From NCBI GenBank assembly GCA_964035545.1, contig OZ037771.1, forward strand, positions 10,668,480 to 10,732,479: a stretch of DNA of 64,000 nucleotides. The letters are read 5' to 3'. This document shows positions 35,936 through 49,967 of the stretch, piece by piece. Position 1 is the first letter of the stretch. Each line of letters starts with the position of its first letter. Below the pieces are notes generated by a model. It had not been told where the DNA came from. It did no database searches and worked only from the letters and a program-made list of their open reading frames with translations. The position numbers were made by a program, and so were the translations under genes. The stretch comes from Bugula neritina. Its lineage: Eukaryota; Animalia; Bryozoa.

Positions 35936-38230
35936 CACTTACGGAGTAGATTCCCAGGGCAATGTTTGGCTGAAGTTGCTAAACAACAGTACTTCTTTGA
36001 AACTTTTGTTTTCAATATTTATTTATTTTATTGATTAGTAATCAGTAAATCAGTAAATCAGTAAATCAGTAATCAGAAACTGATCAGTAAAGTAAGTTGA
36101 ATAGTATGCACTTGTTTTGTAATTGAGTAACGAATTGTTTTATACATTCTTGGTTATAGCATAGGCATTTATACATGCTATGTTTTAAAAGATATGCATT
36201 GCAGTGTACATTAAACATGGACCTTTAGTTATTGATTTTTTTACAATAGTCATCAACTATGCAACACCCTGAAGTTAACCGGCCAGACTGATCAGAAAGG
36301 ATCAGCAACAATAATCAATATGCGTCTTTGTAATTCAATGGAGTAGATTTCTACTCACCAATCTTAGCAAATCACTGAAAAATGTGTAAATTTTGCATCA
36401 GCATTTGACATTGTAGATGATGGCAAAGAAAGAACCTTATATGCAAAAATGCCTCTGTTTTTCGAATCTGAATAAACATGGGAAAAATAATTTTATTCAT
36501 TTAATGTGCCAATTATTAACAAGTTATTAGCAAGTTTTTATAAGTTTTGGACAAACCACATCTGTCAAATTGCCTTAAAATATGGCAGGTTTAAATATGT
36601 TTTACTTTTTCTGTTATGTTATCTAATGCTAGGGTAGTATTACTATTTCACGTGTCACTTCTGCATTGAGGAGTTTTAAAATATTTTGGGTTTGCATCAA
36701 AATTACGCAATTACAGCTGAGCCAGCTATTCCAATAAACAGCATATGTCAACTTATCTATATATAATAGAGCCTATGAGTTATATACAAATAACATAGAG
36801 ACAATTATTCTTAGCAAGTTTCTCTCAAGTCTTGTTTTATACTGGGTGATCACTTCTCTCCTAGTAATTAGATGAGATGTGACTTGCTTATTCATTTCTT
36901 TCATCTACCGAATAATTTGAATAGCAGATCTTATTATTGATTCTGCATTGAATGAATGGGAACTTGTTTTTGTAATTTACAATGAAGTTAACATACTGGC
37001 ATATAGCAAGAATTTTTTGAAAAATTCATAAAATAGGCACACGTTTACAGCCTTCCCAAAGCTTTTGCACATAGAAACTCAATCTTATATACAGAAACAT
37101 TTAACAAGCATTCAAAAATATTTGAGAAAAATTTGTTAATATAACAAGCCATTATGCAACAATAAGTTAGATATCTGCTCTATTCCATATCAGACCAAGA
37201 AAACAAATTAGCAGTCATATTACAACACTACTCTCAACCCAACATCCTTTGATAAAAACTGTCTATAATACTTAAAAATAAATACTAAAATAAATGTAGG
37301 ACTGAATGCACACCCCATACTTTAGCAAATTAATTCATATCATTCACGGAGCAAATATATCAACTTGTAAGGACTTAAGTATTTGGGCATCTTGTTGGTG
37401 ATAAAAGCATAATATTATTATATTTTATTAATTGCTATTTTTAAACTATTCTGTCTTATCTATTCTTAATATAAATATAAATAAAAAGGTCCTTATGACA
37501 ACACCAAGAAAAAATCTTAGAAGTTATTAAAAACAAAATAATTCAGTCTTGACTTAGCACACTTAGTGGTGCAGCTGCTATGGGATTCGTTCAGAAAAAT
37601 CATGACTGTGTAATGTTTCCAGAGCCGTTTGAAACACTTGAATACACTGAAATAGTAGCATGCTTTGTGGAATGCAGCTGGTAAATGCAAGTATAACCTG
37701 TTATATGATCAGCACTTACTGAGTAGATTCCCAGGGTAATGCTTCGCTGAAATTGCTAAGCAACAGTACTTCTTTGAAACTTTTGTTTTCAATATTTGTT
37801 CATTTTATTGATTATAAATGTGGAAACTAATCAGTAAAGTAAGTTGAATAGTATGCACTTGTTTTGTAATTGAGTAACGAATTGTTTTATACATTCTTGG
37901 TTATAGCATAGGCATTTATACATGCTATGCTTTAAAAGATATGCATTGCAGTGTAAATCAAACATGGACCTTTAGTTATTGATTTTTTGCAATAGTCATC
38001 AACTATGCAACACAATGAAGTTAACCGGCCAGACTGATCAGAAAGGATCAGCAACAATAACCAATATGCGTCTTTGTAATTCAATGGAGTAGATTTCGAC
38101 TCACCAATCTCAGCAAATCACTAAAAAATGTGTAAATTTTGCATCAGCATTTGACATTGTAGATGATGGCAAAGAAAGAACCTTATATGCAAAAATGCCT
38201 CTGTTATTCGAATCTGAATAAACATGGGAA
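35936..38230. repeat. ~520-bp direct duplication (~35936-36483 and ~37714-38230) upstream of the SAMHD1-like start
   Basis: Both copies begin cacttac-NGAGTAGATTCCCAGGG and end TCTGAATAAACATGGGAA. Confidence 0.9.
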
Positions 38231-38925
38231 TAAGGATTTTGATATGTTTGCTGTATAAATGGGATGCATTACAGTGCTGAAACTTGCGAGTTAATAGGGC
38301 TGTTTAAAAATTATTACAAAACGTTCTTAAAACAATTTTAGCCTTTGTAAAGATGATGCTCTAAGAATTAAGAAAACCCCAACAGAAACAGGAAATTTAA
38401 AAAATAAAACTGCAAATTATTAAAGGTGTTGTCTATCGAAGTTAATAAATCTATTATAAAATTTTTATCCTCAAATCTAAATATCATATACTTATATAAA
38501 CAATGATTATAAGTTACAACCTACGATGAAGTGTCTTTTATCTCATAACAATTAAAATTATTTTATTGATCTTAGCTGCTATCTAAAATAATTACCAATC
38601 ATTTTAAATCTATAAAACCTTTGTGTAAGTCAACGCATTCCCAAGCTGAAAACAAACTAACAGCTATTTTCATTTTGAAAACTTAAATTTCTCCTATATC
38701 CTATACATTCATTAGTTTGTGCTTTTTGAATTTAAAATAAATTGGCTCAGTTTGTATACTTAATGAAGGTAATCTAGCAAAAATGGGGCAGAATCGGGGC
38801 AGAAGTCATTGGGCATGATGTGGTGTTTTGTAAATTTATCCCCTCATTACATATTATTCATGTTATTCATGCTTTTAAAATATGACTCCTCGCCTCCTTA
38901 TTTTGTTTCGTTTTTGCTCATTCAT

Positions 38926-41900
38926 TGTAAATCGGTCGCAACCGAAGTTTGGCTTGTCGGTTGACCAACATTCGAATGTCGGTCACCAAGGACTCCGACA
39001 TTCCGAACTTCGGCCGACAATCGGTCAAGGGTTCTAGAATAGCCTTTGTGCTAGTATAAAAGAAGGTGAGTTTTAAGCTTGTAAGTCAGCTGAAGATTGG
39101 AGCTCTTACTGGAAGGAATTATACTACATAATAAATCTCACTTTTATCGCACTACACAATACTTTCTTATCTCTTACCACTTGCAAGGAGTCATGTTCTT
39201 TGCCTGATTACATCCTAAACCCACAAGTTACTACATTGGTGGCAGCAGTGAGATTTCAAATAATTAGGCAGCCTTACAAGAGATAGAGGGAGGAGCCAGA
39301 TAGCTAGGATGTTAGGAGGGAAAGAGGTTCTCTAGATGGAGACCTTAGTTAGAGCCTTTCGAGAAGTCGGCAGAGCCAGTCAGGCGCCAGCTGGTGACAG
39401 GTAGGCCTACCGCCTCCAGCCGCCCTTTTTTAGAGGCGACAGTGGTGTCAAGCATCTCATTATGTAATTTAAATCGCTGAATGGCTGGCACCGGTACGAC
39501 TCCTACAACTACAAGAGTTACGCACTGGGACCCGATGTGGACCACATCTTTCAGGCGCTCCGGAATTGGTTCGGTATGTCCGCCTGGGACGCTCGAGATA
39601 GATTACAGAGCCGTTCTATGTGACAGAAAGACTTTCCTACAGGATCATGCTAACGCCGCAGAGAAACTAGCACAAATAACATACAGCCGCACAGATCCAG
39701 AAGAACGACGGGACCTTATCTACAAGGCTTTCTTCAGGACGGTAAACAATGGTGGGCTCTAGCGTTATCACCTGGCAGCCAAAATCTCCACCATAGAAGA
39801 AACGCTGGACATGGGATGGGCGTACTATCAGATCGAACCCTCTCACAGAGCTGAATTCACCGCCAATCAAGTAAAGGAAACACCCAAGGAAGCTAGTCAC
39901 CGTGGCCGCCACCAGCATGGCACCAACCTCCCTGCAGTTCACCATGCTGTTAGATATGGTGAAAGGTCTGCAAATAGATATGTTGAATATGCAGCAGCAG
40001 CAGGCTGACAGGCAGATGCCTGATTCTTGGGTCAACTGTGCCAGGTCTACACAGCCCACTTGCTGAGGGTGTGGCGCCTTGGGCAACGTACGACAGCAAT
40101 GTCTCCAGAGGGGAAGGATGCCTTTAAACATCCGAGGCTCACGGTACCTAGATGGTCCCAGGCTCCCCTACGCTGCAAGGTTAACTGCAAGAAAATAGCC
40201 AAACTGGGAGTAGTGGAAGGGATGCATGAGATGATCCAACTGCCAAGCAGCTTGAAAGAGTTATACTGCCGGGGCGCTTTTTGTACAATGCATCAACCTT
40301 TTCGCTGAACCTGTTAAACTGGCATGTGGTGCACTAGTGGGGAAGTACCACTCCGTCTAAGAACTGAACATGGGAATGGCACTACAGACAGTGGCCAGCA
40401 TCCAGGAAACCCCAGTAGACTTAGTCGGACCTACGCCGTTATCCGCCAGAGGGCATACTTGGATACTGGCACTCATGGACCACTTCACTCGGTAGGCCGA
40501 TGCTCTGGCTACACCGGACGCGTTAGCTCCCACTGTGGTCCAGGACCAGAAGCGGGGTGTGTCTGCTACTTCGAGCTACCCGAAAAAATCCACACTGACC
40601 AAGGTGCCCAGTTCTAGCCCCAGCTAATGGGAGACCTCTGTCGGATATAGAGGGTGAATCAGAGCGAGACTACTCCATATCACCCACAAGGGAACAGAGT
40701 CGTGAAACGGAACAATCGGATATTGGGTGACGCCCTCAGGAGCCTACTCTTAGGTCGGAACCAGGAGGAATGAGTTGTGGTGTTGCCTCAAATCATGCGG
40801 GCCTACCGCAGCACACCACACTCCAGCACACAGGAGACTCCAAACCTCCTGATGCTCGGCCGCGAGACCCGGGTTTCAGAACACATGATTTACCATGTTT
40901 CAGCACCCGAGTCCCCAGTACATAAGTACACAGGGAAGCTGATAGAGACAATGGCTCACGATTCTCTTTGGGAAAAGCAGTAGAAAGTGAGGACAGAGGA
41001 CTCTAAAAGAACCTTCTTTATACTGACTAGGAGACTGGGCATAGATGATTAGCTACCGTAGGTGTTGCGGAGAGTTGGCTAAACTGCAGTCCAAGTTCGT
41101 GGGGCCCTACGGTGTAGTGGAGGTTTCACCCAACCACACAAGTCGAGTGAAACTCTCAGGACAGATTGCGGCCCAAAACGAGCAACGGTTTTAACCTACC
41201 ATGGTAGCCCGGAGGCTGCAGGCCAAGCACCCCCGCTTCTGGAGCCATCCCATTAGCTCATCTCCAGAAGACAGGTGGCCTGACCCAGAGAATCGAAGAT
41301 CATTGTTTGTGACCCAGCTGAGCCCGACAGTACACCTGATCATCTTCTTCCTCCTAAATCCCCAAGTCGGCCAGCCCCGGGGCGAGTTTCAGCGGCTCTA
41401 GAGATAGAGGATGTCTCCACGACTAGAGGGAACAATGCTGAAGCCCCTCCCCCTGTCGAACCTACTACTGATGAACCAGTGTCTATCAACTTGGGTAGAC
41501 AGCAAAAAAACAGGAAACCCCTGAGAAATCTGGCAAAACACCACGTGGGGTACGTGGGAACACCTCCACCAATGAATGGTGCACCTGGTACAGTTATATA
41601 CTCTAACCCCCACGTGAACAGAGGTCCCAAAGGATGGGAAAGTTCCTCTGAGAGAGTTGAAAACACGTGCCGAAAATTGGACGAGGCCCGACATGTAGAG
41701 TTGTCCTACCGAAGATTGTCAGGAAACCTATTAGATACGTGACCGGAGGGTTGTCATGTGAAAATCTGACAAGAGGTTGAGTCATTTCAACTTTTACCCC
41801 AGTCGCGAACACACGTACAGTTACAATTTCTCAACGATTTAAAATGGGAATAACTTTACCAGAGACGACGCATAACCACAATCAGTAAGGTATTTTTTTA

Positions 41901-42060
41901 GGGCTAGACTCTCCATTCTCGGAGTTCAGCTGATTTTTAATCGATCTTCAATAATCAATCAGGTTGAAACCTAATTGAAGAATTCTAGATGGAATTAGGG
42001 GACGAGTCATCCCTTTACCTGTCGGATCAGGACATGGGGTTGGCAGCTCTCTTAGGTTCA
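38926..42060 (+). mobile_element. Decayed, internally deleted Gypsy copy 3 (same lineage)
   Basis: Putative 5' LTR 38926-39235 (TG...CA), PBS TGGTGGCAGCAGTGAGAT, gag remnant with C*GCGALGNVRQQC knuckle, TTTAAAC at 40123-40129, then dUTPase-like and integrase pieces ([22 protein letters not shown]). PR, RT and RH are missing. No 3' LTR found, so the right end is approximate. Confidence 0.85.
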
Positions 42061-42276
42061 CCTGAGCACCATGTAAGCAATTGCCGGCTTTTCTGACATA
42101 TATTATACGCTTGGCCATGTGACTTCCATAATGACCTATATATTATATACTTGTTTACATGATCTTTGTGACATATATATTATATGCTTAGTCATGTGAC
42201 CTACATAGAAGAAATTTTATCAAGTTTCTACTATTTGTCTGGTATTAAAGTAAACTTATTAAGAAATGACTAGCCA

Positions 42277-43570
42277 ACTGTAGCTGTCAGTAGTTTGTCA
42301 TTGTGAACCCCTATTTTAGACGGTCTCTGCATACTGCATCTCCGGAATTGTGAACAGTGAAGTGTTTGATGAGGCTAAAAGAATATTCAAATAACACGGG
42401 CTAAAGATATCAAACCTTCATGATTGAACTAAAAAGTAGCACAGCCAAATTCCCATTCTGCACAGATAAACTTTTTGTCAAGCAATCAATTTTATCTGGT
42501 GATTTGATTTTCTGATGCTTTTCTTTTTTAGTTTCTATGTAATAAGTTGGTGTATTTTATGATGCCATTCTTTACAGAGGTCTTTTTTTGTGACTTTTGC
42601 AAAAAATATTTTTATACTACAAAAAGGCTACGGGTAAATCTAAAAATATTTTTATACAATAAATAGACTAGGGGTAACTCTATGAATATTTTATGCTATA
42701 AGTAGACTACGAGTAAATCTAAGAAAGTGTTTCCTTATTTTATCTGACGGCAGGTTTTGACAATTTGCTTTTGCAGAGCAAAGTTAAATAAAACTTTACT
42801 TTTACAGTTGGGAATTGCTTGAAATGTGCCTTAGCTTTTCTTGTTGTAAAGATAATTTTTATAGTTTATACTAACAAGTATGACATTTGGTTTGTAGCAG
42901 CATTTGATCAAAACTATATACAGTAAAAATTACTTATACAACTACTTCTTTATATTTGCAATCTCTTTTATGCTTTAAATATTTCTGTAGAAAATAAACT
43001 TATTTGGTCTACAAAGTTAACAGTTTATAGCTGGTTATTCTACATAGTGTTAAAGGTTGTTGAACAAAGTCTGATGTAGGATTGGCTAAAGTTGTTGTCA
43101 TGTCTTGTCACAGTCAGCTGGTATATATTGCATTTTATATTATATGGAAATGCTATTTAAATTACAGTCATCAGTTTGTTTGCAGTGGCATTGTTTGTCG
43201 TTCAGTTTAGTGAACAAACCTGTAAATAAAAGGAATAAAACTGAACTCAGTAAACATGCCTCGATATAAAAATGAAACATCACAAAACTATGTGGATCGA
43301 ATTTGAACGTGACCACCCGATGCAATTTATGCAGCTATAAAATATACAACTTTAAAACAACCAGAGTTGTCATCTTTTAATAATACTGGACTTGGTAGAC
43401 ATGCCTGGATATTAAAATGAAACATCACAAAAATAGCGTGCAACTACTATATATTTATATGTTGGGGTTAACCCACAGCTGCAGTGAAGTGATTGTATTT
43501 ATGATAACCAATTTTTTGACTACAAACACATAAATTTTGACAAATAATTATTTTGGGAGTAGTAGAGTTA

Positions 43571-43628
<58 letters not shown>

Positions 43629-45172
43629 CGTGCGTGTGTGTGCATGCATGCGTGTATGCATGCGTGTATGCAAATGTATACAGTGTTTTAACGCGTGATT
43701 GCGTGATTGTGTGTGAGAATAGATAAATAAGTAAGATGAAGTAAGATCTGAGTAAAGTACCAGTATTGAGGAAAGAAGTTATTATGGTAAACACAGCAAA
43801 GGTTCACTCCACAGAAACTTTTCACTTTGCCTGTAAACAGCCCACTGTTTAACTATTTCATTTTAAGTTCTCTCTAACTACTATTCAGAGTTTCATAATA
43901 ATTATGTATACAGATATGCTAGATCATATTATTCATACTGCCTATAATTGCAACTTAAAAATTTAAGTATACTTTATAATAGTAGTAAAGGTTGAGATCA
44001 GACCTACAGCCACCAAAAAGTTGGCTTGGTTTTGCTAGGTGTGCCAATACTCATACCCAGTCAGTTAGTACAAAATAAGCTTACAACCTGCACATGCTTA
44101 TCTATTACTATTATTCATTCACTTTTACAAACACAATTTATTATTGTTTTATGCTTTATATGGACAATAGGAGCTAGATGCACTTTTTTTTGTTTATTTG
44201 ATTCACAAGTTTGGTCAACTTTATTTGGTTAGTAGTCCTGCATACACATGTACATAGCATGCTGTGATCAAAGCAGTAATAAGTAAGTCCTCTGCTACTA
44301 AACATGCATAGATTCACTCTTTTCATCATCTCTACTGTATTCTTCTCTACATAACATTATCACACAATAAAAACATTCAGAAAACCAAGTGTGAGGCACA
44401 GAATTGTAGCTCTTTGTCCAAATCTATTTAATTATATTCTTAGTACAAGGAGTTGTCTGCCTGGGAAACAAAACAATCAGACTTCAAAACAAAATGTTAA
44501 ATAAAAAATTGTCAACATAAACTAAGCAAAATCTTCATAAAATTTACATATAACAGTAAGTCTTGTTGACAAAAATGATTTTATTGGAAAAGTTTTGCAC
44601 AAAATATTTTCCAGGAATATTTGACGCGTAAAAAAAATTGCAATTAAGCAAAAAACTAATTGCATAAAAAGCCTACTAATTTTTGTTTTCGATAGAATAC
44701 TATTACAAACAGATATGCTAACAACAAGGAAAGATAAAACAAACTTTAAACAACTCCTAACTTTAAAAATGTTTTCTGATTAAACTGCAAAATAAAATCA
44801 TCAAAAGTCACCTTTTCAAATAGTAATATATCACAAAATATTTCTCTCTAAAAACAAAAAAGAGCTTCATAAAAAATTCTATTACAAAAATAAGTTAACT
44901 TGTGATGTGGAAACTAAAGCAAATCCAGAAAAGTGTCAAAATTGAAATACATAATGGCAATGGAATGTTTATGAATATCCCATCAACATCCCACAAAACA
45001 CTTAGCTGTGCTTTTCATTGATTCAATAGTAAAGGTTTGATATGTTTAGCTCCTATTCTCTGAATTTCTTTCAGCCTCATTAGGCACTTCACTGTCCACA
45101 ACTCTAGAGATGCAGTAGGCAGAGACTGTCTAAAATAGTATTTCATAATGACAAACTACTGACAGCTACAGT
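42277..45172. mobile_element. Old non-autonomous DNA element with imperfect ~170-bp terminal inverted repeats
   Basis: actgtagctgtcagtagtttgtcatt... at 42277 is the reverse complement of ...aatgacaaactactgacagctacagt ending at 45172. No TSD recognised. Contains a (TG)n tract at 43572-43670. Confidence 0.65.
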
Positions 45173-47402
45173 GCAAATTTGTTGTACATAAAAACAAGGA
45201 AATCACACAAGAAACTTTCTATTTATAAGTAATGCCCATGAAATTTTTTAAAACAGTTGATTGTTTTCCATGCTAAAATTCAGTTCTCAAGCTCTGATTA
45301 GATATTAGCATGACTATGCTATAATATATAAGAGTATAGTATATAGTTGTAGATGAAGAATAACAATTTTATGCGGATGTTTCCTATCAAGGAAAAATCA
45401 ATGCTGGTTGCCTTCTTTGCAAATGAGTACTTCAAACTCTAATTTTCATCTAGATAATATATATGAGTACATGTCTCATAACACAATTAGGTTGTTGAAT
45501 ATTAGCAGTGTGTGTATAATGTGTATCTGAACTATTTAATGTGTGCCGTAATGAAGCATATGCAGCATGCTAACTGCTTATAAGAAGGATAACATATAGT
45601 ACTGTATAAGCTGATTAAACACTTGAGCGCAAAATAAATTAATGAATCAAGAGATAGAGACACAAACATGCTTCTAGAATTCCACATCAGCAAAATGAAG
45701 CTGCTATGTTATAGCTACATTATTTTGTTGACAGAAAAAATACAAAAACTGATACTTTTAGATAACATTGGCAAGTAAATGCTGAAAAAATTCATTATTT
45801 GACAAGTTTTCTGTAGGAAATGGCTGGTGTTGCTGTTTTTATGATGGGTATTTCATTATATAGTCTCTCTGCTTTTAAACATTGCACTGTTAAGTGACAG
45901 CATAACTCTTTGGGAACATAATAAACATTAATAATTGTATTTTGTCTATCAAATCTATGAGTTCTTTAGAACAAACTTGCTCTCAACATTATAAAAAAGT
46001 TGTTAACTTTATAGCTTTAGTAGCTTATAATCTTTGCTGGAATTTGACTTCAACAGCTTCAGGTAACATCTCCTTAAGTTTTTATCTAGAAATTTGACAG
46101 TCAAAAAAGTTTCTTATTTGCATGAGGGGAAATTTAGTGCAGCAGATAAATAGAAAGGAATTAATATTTTCTGCCAAGAAGTTTCATTGGTACAAGCAGA
46201 ACCTGCATGTTGTGTACCTTATAATAATGATTGACAAGCAATCAATATTTTAACCTTGAAGTACTTTGGGTTGGATATAATTGCAGACCACATATATACA
46301 TCATAGAATAATTTACAAATATAAGGGCAGCTGGCTATAGATTGTATAATCAATATTCTAACTCCTACGTAATATAGTAAGCATGCTATTCAAAAATGTA
46401 TGTTATCCCTGCAGTTATAATGGTATGTGTAGATTATATAGATGTGGTAATGAATGAGGAAATATAGCATCAATAGAGAGCAGCACAGCTAGCTAGTGGT
46501 AGTGTTTACACTGTTTGTCTCTAAATACATTTATCTCTGCTTTTTTTCTTCAAACAGGAAAAGATTCTGAGGAGGACATAGGGCAATCTGACTGGCAAGT
46601 TCACTCACTGTTTAACTTTACAATTCATAAACAGACTCTGTGAACACTGGTTCATTAGTAAGCTTGGCAGCATGAACAGCTCAACTATAATGAGAATGTT
46701 TTCAGGAAACTGTCAATGTGTTATCTCTTGTGAAGAGTGTGTAAAGCTTAGTTTACATTCTAGCTGTGTAATGATGTGTTACGCTATCTAGCATATACAT
46801 TGCATGCAATAACTGTATATCTGATATCTGATATATCTGATGTATTGGCCATTGCTCAAATAAAGGTCAATGTAAAGCTACAGTTCACGTCTGAGTAACT
46901 GTAATTCATGGGCTTTCCATGTATCGATCTGAGAAATGTGCTCAGATCATTCGTTTTTCCATGAGAGTGTCAGATCGATCTCGCAAAGTTGCCTCCTCTT
47001 AAATGAAGGATACTTTAAAAATATAAATTGTTCACCTATTTTAGTGATTAAAGTTACTACTGTTGAAAACAAAATTGCCGCAGTCTAAAATTTAATCCCA
47101 GCTATAAACTATACGCAGCAAAGCTTTTAGTGTATGGTAATTTGGCCAATTTAAAATAATTAATTTTAATTTTTTAGCTTGACAGCTTATATAAAATTAA
47201 TGGCTGTCTTGCAGATTTTTAATAAACTTACAGGACTGTTAAGCTTAAAATTACAAAGAAAATAGCTAATGAAACTAAGTTTTAATAGTGTAGCAAGTTA
47301 AATTATAAATAGCATGCTTTCATATTTCTGAACTTTATGAAGATAATACCGGCTCATATAAATGTATACATTTAAAGTCTTGCAACTGTTATATGTTTAC
47401 AG

Positions 47403-47531
47403 AATATTCAGAGATTTCCCCTTCAAAGCAAACTGTTCAAGGATCCGATATACGACTACATTGAAGTTCACGGAGCAGCTCTTCTTATCATAGACACTCC
47501 TCAGTTCCAAAGACTTCGTCATATCAAGCAG
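47403..47531 (+). pseudogene. Orphan inverted copy of SAMHD1-like exon 2
   Basis: ag|[43 protein letters not shown]|gt. Near-identical to 24386-24267. Exons 3-7 not found downstream. Confidence 0.88.
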
Positions 47532-47695
47532 GTCTGGTAGTGTATTTACCCACAGCATAACAAAGTTACTACAGCTAAACATTGCAGATATATTAGTTAC
47601 AAGGAATAAAAGTATTCATACCTGAATCAATTTTATGCTAAGCAAGTCATCATTAACTAAATTTCGCATATGCATGACTGAAAGATTTTGTATAG

Positions 47696-49043
47696 GAAAA
47701 GTTCTGATAAAAGGAACACAAATGATAAGGATTTTGCTGTTATCAAATGCCATGAGATTAGTGCTGCAGTACTCTACTATGTCAGCTGATGATATCATGA
47801 CACTTGCTATGCTATTTATAATTAAAGTAAGTGGCTGAAAGTAAAAAACAAGATAGGTCCCATATGAAACGATTAGCTAATCAATGCACTGCATATGTAT
47901 TTTGTTTCACAGTAAATCTAAAAAAGTTTAAAACCTAATGGTTGTTATAATTTTACTTATAAAAAAGTCATTTTGAGTCTACAGTATATATGAAGCTATC
48001 ACAAGACTCAGTTGAGAGTTGTTTAGAAAAAACAGGTTTTTTTATTAGAAACGGAGGTTTTAATTTTCTTTTTGCAGTTTGTCTAGTTTGCAAAAGCTCT
48101 GCATGGAGCATTTAGTATACTGCATTAATTAAAACTCTTGTGTTATATTTGTCTAAGCAGATGCTGGAAAAAATAAATTTTGTTTAGAAACGATTCAAAT
48201 CTCAACAATTAGTGCTGTATAGCAACATAATTATATTGTGCTATTAAAAAATACTTCTAAATATAAACATGTATCACCTGCATATGTTTTATAGCATTGG
48301 TGGGACTTTTTCCAAACTCAGATGAAAAACACTAGTTTATTTGTAGAGTCAGAGGTAGTGAGAAGATTGACATTCAAGGCAGACTATGACGTGGCATGTG
48401 ACTTACTCAATAGTAATGTTAGCAGAGCTGCACTGAGATCCACATTAACTCACAGGAGAAATCAAATTCAAAAGATCTGTTCTGGTAGTGAGTATCATGT
48501 GTATTGTTTGTTATCCTTCTGGGGTATTGCTATGTAATTCTTTACACTGGAGATTTTCGTAGTCCTGAATGGATAGTTTTATTAGAAATAGGCTAATATG
48601 TTAATGAAATTCCTTGTTTTTTTTCATAATTTCAAGTGTGTGAATAGAGATATAAAGATTTGAAAGATCATGTTTGTATTTTAAAAATATAATGTAAACT
48701 ATGATAAATTTGTAGCTCTAGCTGTTTATTTGGTAAATTTCTAAATAGGTTATTCTTTAAAAATATTGAATCACTATTATAGTTTCCTTTTGCTAATGCG
48801 ATATCAATATAGTGTATTAGCGACCTGAATATTTATCCCATGTAGATTGTACAATATCTGCCACACCTGAACCATTCTATGACTGTACCAATGATCTCTT
48901 AACTTTCTACTGGCCAACTGATAAGCTGTATCCTGCCACCATCTTGGAACCCCGGCAGTGTTGAGTGAGGAACTTCGAAAGATTCTAAATCAATTTGATG
49001 CTACGAGAGCTCTCGAGATTTTTATTCTTTCCCATCGACCACC
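47696..49043 (+). pseudogene. Three phase-compatible exons of an unidentified gene (possibly death-fold-like), frameshifted in the third exon
   Basis: AG/GT-bounded 47696-47826, 48295-48487 and 48846-49043 join as ...MSADDIMTLAMLFIIK|HWWDFFQTQMKNTSLFVESEVVRRLTFKADYDVACDLLNSNVSRAALRSTLTHRRNQIQKICSG|NCTISATPEPFY... A stop or frameshift occurs near 48950. Confidence 0.45.
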
Positions 49044-49967
49044 GTGAGTCTGATACTCTATAGCAGCCTTTTTGTAGGGTTTTGTAGTTCAAGGCAATGT
49101 TTGGCTCACTTTTTGGAAAATATTGAAAACTAAGTAAATTAGTTGGAACAAAAATATTTGCTTCGTTCCCCTTATAGCTAAAATATGTAGATATAAAAAT
49201 TAAAAAAAATCATTATTTGTGCAGTTTAAATAAATATATGTGACTATTTATATGCTGGAATTGCATGGTAATGTTGTCTTCAAGCACTGTGGCTTCTAAC
49301 CCAGGTCAATGTGAATTTACTGCTCATTATATAATTAACGGGATAGTTGCTGCTAAGAAAAACTCAAAAGGAGAAGCCATGCAGATAATTATTTATTCAA
49401 CCTGTGCTGATGAGACTCAAACTTATGATGCTGTCGAGGACACGTGCACCTAGATTGCTGACCAATCAGCAGCAAGGACACATTCACATGTATCTTTTGT
49501 TGTCTAACTAAAAGCTATCATAAGCTACATGGAACTTGATTGCTAAGCCATGATAGCTTACATCCAAATCAACTATAATCATGAATGTCTAATTCTATGT
49601 GATTTATTAACTTCATGTGTTGAAATGTCTCTGATTAAAAGTTTGATTTTGCAGTGAAAGCTTTTTGCCTTGTTTTGTACTCTTAACTTTCACTTAGTAA
49701 ATTCATTAGAGTGAAGGACTATAAGTATTGACACATTTGTTTTCAGCAAATAGATACCTACATGCATCAGATTGAGTTTATAAACACACTTAATAGTGAA
49801 ACTATGTTGTATATCATGATTGAACACTGAAGATAATATTCAATAACTCATGCTATATGGAGTTGCAACATGGGTTGTATAATCACACATAGTATTATAA
49901 TATCTTTGCAATCAGGGCACATTGTGAAGAAGAGAATGAGGTCAAAGTTTAAAAAACCTGAAAAAAT

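Noticed and set aside
39240-41200. APOBEC-style G-to-A hypermutation in Gypsy copy 3 (many TGG to stop)
   Set aside because: CAG-to-TAG (C-to-T) stops occur on the same strand, consistent with ordinary AT-biased decay.
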